58,155 bases of DNA from Oculina patagonica (lineage: Eukaryota), in NCBI RefSeq assembly GCF_052425735.1, contig NC_135762.1, positions 10,669,846 to 10,728,000 of the forward strand, given 5' to 3'. Below the pieces are notes generated by a model. That model was given only the letters and a program-made list of their open reading frames with translations. It ran no database searches and had not been told where the DNA came from. Below, piece by piece: positions 48,610 through 58,155 of the stretch. The position numbers were made by a program, and so were the translations under genes. Every line of letters begins with the position of its first letter. Positions within the stretch are counted from its first letter, which is position 1.

Positions 48610-49933
48610 TAAAATTCTTGTTATGACGAACACTCACTCACTCACTCACTTCCCATTGTGCCCTCTGGCACGTAGGGCAACAACAAAGTTCTTCCACTGC
48701 TGTCTGCCTATGACCAGTTGTTGGATGGTGTTCCAGCTTTGGTTTAAGCCCCTCAAGTCACTCTCTACTGTATGTCGCCATGTATTCTTGGGTCTGCCAC
48801 GCTTGCCACGAACGCTTGCCGCGAACAAGAAAACCTTAAATCTATCCCAATATAACGAACAAATGTGACCACGCCAATGAGTTTGAATGCAAATTGACTC
48901 AGTAGGTAGTGCAGAGGTAATTAATTCACAGATATCACGAAACCCTTCATGCTGAAGAATGCTAAATATCATTGTTTGATGGCTATCAATCAACAAAACA
49001 ACTCTATCTTTCTCTGATCACGAATACAAAGAGAAAAGTACAACTTGATTCTGAACGGGTTTGAGCACGCGTGCGCAAAAGGAGATGCCTCCCCGTGCCA
49101 TCGATTTTCGCGCGCGTTCACGTGCTCAACCCTGAAAATATGAGGTATTAATATACCGTATTTATTCGATTAAGCGCCCTGAGTGCTTATTAAATTTTTG
49201 GACTTTGAGAGTGGGCGCTTTTTCGAGGTGGGCGCTTATTCGAGGCTGCGCGCTTATTAAATTTTCACTATTTCTTGCAAGTAGTAAGTTAATTTTACAA
49301 GAAAACAATGAATAATAATAAAAGATGAAGATGTACCAAAGCAGAATTTTAACTGTTCATAGACAAATTCGGCTAACGTGTTTACATCGTTGTTGCCACC
49401 CAATTCAGACCATGTAATGATTCCTTTGGAAGGTTACAATTGTGCAATTTGTCACACGTAACTGAGCGCATGGGAGTATGAACGAACAGAACAATTATAA
49501 CCTCCCAAAGGAATCATCACATGATCTGAATTAGGTGGCAACAACGATGTAAACACGTTAGCCGAATTGGTCTATTGAAAGTTCTGTAAAATACTAAGAG
49601 AGCTCGGTCTTCGGGGAAGTCTCTTAGTAGTACTTAGTCAATTTCAACCTCAATTTCAATAATAATCAAAGTATTCCTCTTATGCATTTTAGTATTTTTT
49701 GAAGGGGGTGGGCGCTTATTCGATGCTGGGCGCTTTTAACTTTTCCTACCTACATGGTGGGCGCTTATGCGAGGTGAGCGCTTATTCGAGGCTGGGCGCT
49801 TACTACCTGTTCCTACCTACATTGTGGGCGCTTATTCGAGGTTGGGCGGTTAATCGAATAAATACGGTACTCAAACAGAGGATAGCGTTTCTGGCGCGCG
49901 CTGATTGGCTACTCAAACTCCGAATATCCTTTG

Positions 49934-50240
49934 TTATTATTCAACACATGCGCGCGCTGCCCATATATGGTCAAAATGTGAACGTTATCTGTCATCCGTA
50001 CATAACAGATATCCTGCGATATATGTAGGTTGCGAAGATTCGTGCGAAATCTTGTAAAGCGCTGCATAATTACAGTTTTTCTATCTGCAAAATGTGTTTC
50101 GTTGACCATTTGTTGAATAATAAAACAATTATCCTGCTCAATCTTGCGGAATATCGTCTGATTTTAGCCAACTCGGCCTACGGCCTCGTCGGCTAAGTAT
50201 CAGGCGATATTCCGCGCGATTTCGCAGGATAATTGTTAAT
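49934..50240. mobile_element. Arm-specific insertion composed of two palindromic MITE-like units
   Basis: TTATTATTCAACA...TGTTGAATAATAA and AACAATTATCCTGC...GCAGGATAATTGTT; missing at the homologous site ~43765. Confidence 0.75.
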
Positions 50241-50584
50241 TATAACCCACCCATTTACTTTTGCGCGCGCTCATTGGACAAAACGCATCACGTGGTACAA
50301 AATCGGACGACGGGTATCAGCGAATATACCCCGTCCGATTTGATATCCGTCGTCCGATTTTGTAGGCAAGCACAAAACAAACGAATGAAGTCACCTTATT
50401 CAATTTTAACTTTTAATAAAATCACAGAGTTAAAAAATCACGTAAACCAATCAACTTAGCCACAGTTACGCCGGTTTTATTACATAGGTTTTTCCTATAA
50501 ATTTACTGGCGATAAAGCGCGTTGTAGAAATAAGTCGAAGGGGTAAAAAATTAATAAAACCCCTTTCTGCCTTGCTGGTATATT

Positions 50585-50616
<32 letters not shown>

Positions 50617-51260
50617 TCAAAATTTCACAGTTGCCTTCGAAGCTTCGCTTCTCGGCCAACTGTTCATTTTTCGACAATCTTTCAGCCTCGGACATTATCC
50701 TCCAATATACCAGCCGCCTGAAGGGGTTTATTTACTAACTATTCACCTCTGAGCAACGCGCGCGAGAAAATTGTAATCTTTGACAGGAATGAACTAGTCA
50801 AAAATCATCCTTTCGGGCTATATTATCTCAATATTACTAAAACAACTATTCACCTCAGTGTCGGTGGGTGTTGGTGAATATTTGCCTAGCCGCTTCGCGC
50901 CTTGGTAAATATCCACCACTAGCCAGTAGCAACCTCCACCTTGGTGAATACTGTAGTTGTTCGCTACGCGCAGTCTATTTAACAGTAGGAGTCAAAAATG
51001 GTCCCTCAAAATGTCGCAGTGCTCGCAATGCTCGCAAAATTTTAGTGGGTGCTCGTTTGCTCGTGCTCGCACATTTTTACAAGTGCTCGCATGCTCGGTT
51101 TTTAGTGGAGGTAGGTTTTTATAAAGTGCTCGGTACTCGCAAGGCTAATTTTTGTCAATGCTCGTGCTCGCAAAAAAAACCGCTATGCTCGCATGCACGC
51201 AAATGCTCGCAAAGACCATTTGATACCCCTAACAGTTGGATATCAAAATTCTGAAAATGT

Positions 51261-52073
51261 TTATGGGGTGGATTTGTCTCTTGCTTGCTTAACAGCTATC
51301 AGTTGACAAACTGGAGATTCTTCTTTGTTTCCTCTGAAGTCGAAAGGTGGCTTACCGCTTCTGCTTGAGTACGAGTAATATCTCTGCAAACGCTCCTCGG
51401 TTACCAGCTTGGGCTTAAAGACACCATGTGTTGTCGACCAAATCCAGTGCAGAAGGCTCTCGGTGGTTGGGAAGACCAGTTGTGTGCTTAGCGTGTTGGA
51501 ACTCTTAATGATCTGAAATCCCGCGGTGGAACAGTATTGTTCAATCTTGGCCCTCTCCTCAAAATGATACATCGCAAAACATTCATTTGAAGTCTCGGGG
51601 TTGAGTTCCTCGAAAGCACTTGCTAAAAAAGGAAACATATGATCACCATATTGAATGCATACTTTCCCTCCACTTTTAAGACTTTCAAACATATTCTTGA
51701 AGACTTCTTCTTTGTCAGGGATCCAGTGAATGACGTAATTACTGAAAATAAAGTCGAATGACTCCGAGCCAATCCCTGGGAAGTTTGAAGCGCTCCCTTC
51801 CACGAATGAGAGATTCTTGATTTCACCGTGAGACTGCTGAGCCAGTAGAATTCGTTCCTTGTCAGGATCAACACCCACAACTTTTCCCTCGGGTCCTACA
51901 AGCTCAGCCAGATATGCAGACAGCTCTCCTGTACCGCAACCTAAATCCAAGATGGCGTCTCCTGCTTGAGGACAAACATCCGTTTGAATGAATATTTCTC
52001 CGTCCGCCTTTTGCATCAAAGGCGAGTTGTGTTTGTATCCCTCTGCTGTGTTATTGCTGGACGAATTTGCCAT
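51261..52073 (-). CDS. Class I SAM-dependent methyltransferase, intact, 270 aa (inverted duplicate of 41935-42747)
   Basis: Same protein except two residues (ESYD/ESFD, LITV/LIAV). Confidence 0.86.
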   Translation of the reverse strand: MANSSSNNTAEGYKHNSPLMQKADGEIFIQTDVCPQAGDAILDLGCGTGELSAYLAELVGPEGKVVGVDPDKERILLAQQSHGEIKNLSFVEGSASNFPGIGSESFDFIFSNYVIHWIPDKEEVFKNMFESLKSGGKVCIQYGDHMFPFLASAFEELNPETSNECFAMYHFEERAKIEQYCSTAGFQIIKSSNTLSTQLVFPTTESLLHWIWSTTHGVFKPKLVTEERLQRYYSYSSRSGKPPFDFRGNKEESPVCQLIAVKQARDKSTP

Positions 52074-55000
52074 CTTTTCTTGCTCCAACCCAAAGCAAAT
52101 ATCTACAAACAACGAGAAAGAGAAAATTTAATCAGTCAAGATTTCCAATCGGTGTAGAAATATTTTAAGCGATCGAGAATTTCTGATCATTTGAGAACTT
52201 ATTTTAGTCAGGAGAGAAATTTTCACAAGAAATAATACAGTTTTAAGTTCCTTGATGAAATACCCGAAAAACGCCTGCTCTTGTCAGTATGTTAGTTGGG
52301 CTCGTCGTTTTAATGACTTTCAAAATGTTGATACCCAATGAACATACCGATTAAGACACGTTCGATAACTTCTAAAACTGATCAAGACACTGATTAAGAA
52401 ACTTTAATTTTAATTTGTATTTATATTTATGCTAATTACAGCATTTTTTTCCGCTTGACTCATTAGTTACAACAACAACAACGCAGCAACATGTTATTCC
52501 TTAATGTCTGTCCTTCTCTGACAGACACCGTTACATTGATTGTGCAGTTTTTGAATTTTTTAATTCCCTTCTTGAAAACAACATCCCTTATGCGTATAAA
52601 TTAATCTTTAATCCCGGTATTGAACAGGGAGGAAAAACAAGTAACACAGACTAAGAGCAGTTTTGCGATGAAAACCTGCCGCTAGCACATTTCAAGCAAG
52701 ACCTTATTTAAGCTATCGATGTCTACGGGCACAGCCAGTTTATCGAACGCGAACTCGCCGGAACTTTACCCTCTCTTAACATCAGCTATTCGGCCAAAAT
52801 GTTCACAGCCTACTCGTTGCTGTACTTAGCTAAAACTGAAACGCGTCATTCGCCGAAACCTTTTCTTCAGAAGGCGATTTGGGAACGCGAAATCGTCCTG
52901 ATCCGGACTCGAACTCCACCACGCGGGTTATGTAAATTTCTTAAAAAAAACTCCAACTTTACTCACCAGGATCGCCGTATATTAAATATTCATTTCATTT
53001 ACCAGTTGAATACCAAACAAACAATCGCCCACTGAGTGCGCCTTATAACAAACTATTGTTCCTAAACAGTAAATTGCCACACAAGTTTGAGAAGCCATAT
53101 CAAAAGTTCGTGCCTGGTTTTCATCAGGGGTTTCAAACACCTCGAAACAATAAAAGCACTGATTTTAAGCCCGGCCCTGACTTACCTCGTATAAAATATA
53201 TTATTCCGGACTCTATTCTCCACTACTCTTTTGATCGGCCTGTGCAGATCTGATTTATTACTACACCGAACGATGTTTTATAGGCACGGTTAAATATATG
53301 TGCATGTGCACGGCAAACGGCGAACCTGAGGAGGTCACGTAACCACCGCTTTGCCGTCACGTTTGCAATTTTGCGGTTCCGGTTTCGACGGGAAGAAGGC
53401 GCTCTAGCGGTAAGTGACTTACGAATTGAGAGCTGGATTCTCGAGGATGATGCCTGATCCAGTATTGTTACTGCTCAGTTTAGTTTGGGTTAATTTCTAC
53501 TCTCCGCTTGATATTACCTTTGAAGATTCATCTAGTGGATTTTACAAACTTGTTGATGGCGTGGTTTATTCTGTATTTTTCAACGACCTTAGGGACAAAT
53601 GCTATTTTCAGAAATGATAATTATTGTCTTTTGAGGGAAGTTTCTCCCTCAGCTCAGTGCTTCTCTCCACCAAGGAGTAGAAATGGCCCAGGTACTAACG
53701 TGTAGCGGGGCAACCAATGTTTAATAACGCTGAGGGGCTAGACTGTTCACAGCCCTTTAAATTCGCGTATTTTCTTCAAACGCGAGAACAGTGTACTGAT
53801 CGATGGACTAGCTCGCATCTCATCCAGGAGTAGTAGAAATAATCTTAGCCGTAGGAATTAAAACGCTGAGGGGTCTGTATTCCACGGTCCTTGTTCGAAG
53901 TCAGACATGACTTGCAAACGTGGGTGGTGGGTTCAAACTATTTGAAGAATTTCACCCGATACCCTTACAAATCTTCTCTTAAAAGTCCTAATTTTTCAGG
54001 GCAAATAAAACTGATACGTTTGTAAGGAAGACTTGCTCTGCTAGTTGCAATATTGGCCAAAAAATTATGCCCTTCTGCCGTAGTATCAGCCCTGCAATCG
54101 ATTTGCTTTATTTACATTTAGAGTGACGTCTGGTATGAGCATTTCTTGAGCAAGAGATCCGGCAACAGACAAGCCAAGTAGTTTTATTCTTCGTTGCGTG
54201 GTCCTCTGCATCCAACGTTTTTTTTTTACTAATCTTCAAGTAATATTTGTGGTCAGGAGGTCCCTTTGACGACAAATGTATGTATTGTGTTTCGCAGCCA
54301 TCCATTAAGACCCATAAGATTATAATCATCATTTCTGAAAATAGGGGAAAATAGCATTTGTCCTTAGGGTCGTTGCGAAATCCAGAATGAAACACGCCAT
54401 CAGCAAGTATATGACATTCACTAGATGGTTCTTCAAAGATAATCTGATCAAACAGAGAGTAGAAACCCAAACTGAAGCGATGACAAATCTGGACTGAGTA
54501 GCATACTCGAGAACCAGGCTTGTTGTTAATTAATTCACATGTTAGGATAATAAAATGTACCCGTATGATGAAAGGTAATATCAAATGAGAGTAGAAACCC
54601 AAAATGAAGCGAAGACAAAACGATCGCCGACCATCGCAGAAATCTGGGACCCGTCGGGAGAATAGAAACGCTCCCGATTCTCCAGATTTGTCCCCGACCA
54701 TCCCAGACGATCGGGGATATTTAAGATTTCGAGTTTTCATTAGTCGGCAAAGTCTGGGACGGTCGGGAAACAGTGAAATCCCCGATCGTCTGGGATTTTC
54801 CCGACATATGAAAACCAGGCTTTTAAGCTGTCGATGTCTACGGGCACAGCTAGTTTATCGAACGCGAACTCGCCGGAACTTTACCCTCTCTTAACATCAG
54901 CTATTTGGCAAAAATGTTCACAGCCTACTCGTTGCTGTACTTAGCTAAAACTGAAACGCGTCATTCACCGAAACCTTTTCTTCAGAAGGCGATTTGGGAA

Positions 55001-58000
55001 CGCGAAATCGTCCTGATCCGGACTCGAACTCCACCACGCGGGTTATGTAAATTTCTTAAAAAAACTCCAACTTTACTCACCAGGATCGCCGTATATTAAA
55101 TATTCATTTCATTTACCAGTTGAATACCAAACAAACAATCGCCCACTGAGTGCGCCTTATAACGAACTATTGTTCCTAAACAGTAAATTGCCACACAAGT
55201 TTGAGAAGCCATATCAAAAGATCGTGCCTGGTTTTCATCAGGGGTTCCAAACACCTCGAAACAATGAAAGCACTGATTTTAAGCCCGGCCCTGACTTACC
55301 TCGTATAAAATATATTATTCCGGACTCTACTCTCCACTACTCTTTTGATCGGCCTGTGCATGCAGTTCTGATTTAATACTACACCGAACGATGTTTTATA
55401 GGCACGGTTGAATAAGCACTTTTAGTATCACGTTTACTGCAAACGGCGAACCTGAGGAAGTCACGTGACCACCGCTTTGCCGTCACGTTTGCAATTTTGC
55501 GGTTCCGGTTTCGGCGGGAAGAAGGTGCTCTAGTGACATACAGGAAGTTTTTTTGGCCGCTTAACGAAACCAACTCACGTTTGACACTTTTAGTAAGAAT
55601 TTTCTACCTTTTATGGATCCAAATGTCGGTTTTTTGTGATTAAAAAACAATGTATTTTACATGATCTAAAACTAAAAAAACCGAGTGGCAAAAGAAGTTA
55701 AAAACAAAATGGCGGCTCGAAGTTCCTAATTATGTGCATGTGCACGGCAAACGGCGAACCTGAGGAGGTCACGTAACCACCGCTTTGCCGTCATGTTTGC
55801 AATTTTGCGGTTCCGGTTTCGACGGGAAGAAGGCGCTCTAGCGGTAAGTGACTTACGAATTGAGAGGTGGATTCTCGAGGATGATGCCTGGTCCAGTATT
55901 GTTACTGCTCAGTTTAGTTTGGGTTAATTTCTACTCTCCGTTTGATATTACCTTTGAAGATTCATCTAGTGGATTTCACAAACTTGTTGATGACGTGGTT
56001 TATTCTGTATTTTTCAACGACCTTAGGGACAAATGCTATTTTCAGAAATGATAATTATTGTCTATTGAAGGAAGTTTCTCCCTCAGCTCAGTGCTTCTCT
56101 CCACCAAGGAGTAGAAATGGCCCAGGTACTAACGTGTAGGCGGGCAACCAATGTTTAATAACGCTGAGGGGCTAGACTGTTCACAGCCCTTTAAATTCGC
56201 GTATTTTCTTCAAACGCGAGAACAGTGTACTGATCGATGGACCAGCTGGCATCTCATCCAGGAGTATTAGAAATAATCTTAGCCGTAGGAATTACAACGC
56301 CGAGGGGTCTGTATTCCACGGTCCTTGTGCGAAGTCAGACATGACTTGCAAACGTGGGTGGGGGGGGGGGTTCAATTATTTGAAGAACTTCACCCGATAC
56401 CCTTACAAATCTTCTCTTAAAAGTCCTAATTTTTCAGGGCAAATAAAACTGATACGTTTGTAAGGAAGACTTGCTCTGCTAGTTGCAATATTGGCAAAAA
56501 AATTATGCCCTTCTGCCGTAGTAACAGCCCTGCAATCGATTTGGTTTATTTACATTTAGAGTGACGTCTGGTATGAGCATTTCTTGAGCAAGAGATCCGG
56601 CAACAGACAAGCCAAGCAGTTTTATTCTTCGTTGCGTGGTCCTCTGCATTCAACGTTTTTTTTTTACTAATCTTCAAGTAATATTTTTGGTCAGGAGGTC
56701 ACTTTGACGACAAATGTATGTATTGTGTTTTGCAGCCATCCATTAAGACCCATAAGATTATAATCATCATTTCTGAAAATAGCATTTGTCCTTAGGGTCC
56801 TTGCGAAATCCAGAATGAAACACGCCATCAGCAAGTATATGACATTCACTAGATCGTTCTTCAAAGATAATCTGATCAAACAGAGAGTAGAAACCCAAAC
56901 TGAAGCGATGACAAATCTGGACTGAGTATCATACTCGATAACCAGGCTTGTTGTTAATTAATTCACATGTTAGGATAATAAAATGTACCCGGGTATAAAC
57001 TGATGTTTAAATGATAAAAGGTAATATCAAATGGAGAGTAGAAACCCAAACTGAAGCGAAGACAAAACAGGACTGAGCATCATACTCGAGAACCTGGCTT
57101 ATTTTTTATTTATTCGCACGTTATAAAAAAAACATACTGCAAATTCAACTGAGTGAACTGGTTCAGTGCTCTTTTTCACTGAAGATCAAAACAGGATGCC
57201 ATGGAATAATTAATTCGAACTGCGCAGACCGATAAACGAGTGTTGGTCAAGTTTACAGTCTGGGATAATATCTGGTTAAAATTTCCACAAGGTAAGTGAG
57301 GGCGGGTTTAAAATTAGTCTGAACTAAGCATAACGTTTTGTAGACTTTGAAAGTTGAGTCGATTCATTATCGGAATTTAGTTCACTGAATTCATTTGCTT
57401 GATATGTTTCCGGCCTGTCTGTTAGTCGTGAAAGGAAAACAAATCTCTTCAGTATGCGTTTGTAGTGAAATAAATGTGACACGCAGCCCGATAACGATAA
57501 GAAAGAACAGTCTGGTGAGGCCACTCGTCGTTCGTCTTGCCCAGCTAGTATGTATTCAGTTTTGCTCCCAATTTCACATTACCAGCGTGCGTTTAGGTTA
57601 CAAAAGATACCCTGCATAAGCGATCGACGTGCATCTTTAGCGGAGTTTTATCTTTAGAAGCGCGTTTATGTTAGCGTACTTGCTTTGTGCCAGCTTCGAT
57701 ACTGAGATCACATTTGACAACACTCAACATTCTTGGTTTAGTTGAAAATAAACCAGCACAAAACTTCTGATCCCGACATTCTGATCATGATCGAATCATG
57801 ACATTGTTGTGTCATTGATATGCGTGAAAGCTGCTGGAAACGTTGCAAAACTTCAAGGCTGCTGACTTTTTTCTGCAGCTTTTTACTTGCATCAACAAGA
57901 AGGTCTGCTGCTTGAAAAGTAGTAGCAAATGAGGATGCTGTTAGCAACAGCCTTTCTTTGAAGCTGGAGTTGACTTTCATTGTCAAAGTTACCCGCCTTT

Positions 58001-58155
58001 ATATTTCCATCGACAATTAGCTGTTCTACTGACATATGATGCTGATTGCATCGTGGATATCTCTTCTTTAAGAAAAGTACGGCTCTGGCTTGGTTTGTTG
58101 CTGACAAAACCACTTCCCATTAAAATCAGCATTGAACGTCCAGCCTCTTATGGCT

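Larger units (their letters stand above)
48405..58155 (-). repeat. Right arm of a large inverted duplication; counterpart is 26583-27568 plus 36575-45298
   Basis: Collinear reverse-complement matches throughout (58155~26583, 57176~27561/36575, 52112~41896, 51261~42747, 48600~45100). A further inverted pair 45720-46367 / 47068-47690 flanks the gap. Confidence 0.93.

Overview
AT-rich, intron-containing animal genomic DNA; the repeat content resembles a cnidarian (stony coral), which is an inference. Left third (1-21 kb): two tandem intronless TMEM175 lysosomal K+/H+ channel paralogs (-), a 10-exon ankyrin-repeat DHHC palmitoyltransferase (+) head-to-head with the second TMEM175, and a 3-exon, 128-aa leaderless FGF (-). 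Introns carry many SINEs and MITEs. Middle (21-37 kb): two different KDZ-superfamily (Kyakuja/Dileera/Zisupton) DNA transposons, each with a ~2-kb array of a 10-bp unit near the end downstream of its transposase. One is a complete 9-kb element (27569-36574) with an 8-bp TSD, matched termini, empty sites elsewhere in the window, an 8-exon CxC/KDZ transposase and a nested Penelope fragment carrying a hammerhead ribozyme; its satellite unit contains its own subterminal motif TGTTACA. The other is a Zisupton-like catalytic core fused in frame behind a SAM-dependent methyltransferase domain. Right half (26.6-58 kb): a ~10-kb-arm inverted duplication centred near a 500-N gap (real palindrome or mis-joined haplotypes). 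It contains a 2.4-kb tandem duplication and four of the five copies of a small class I methyltransferase family (2 intact, 2 truncated; the fifth is the chimera just outside the left arm). All family assignments come from motif recognition by eye; no database search was run.
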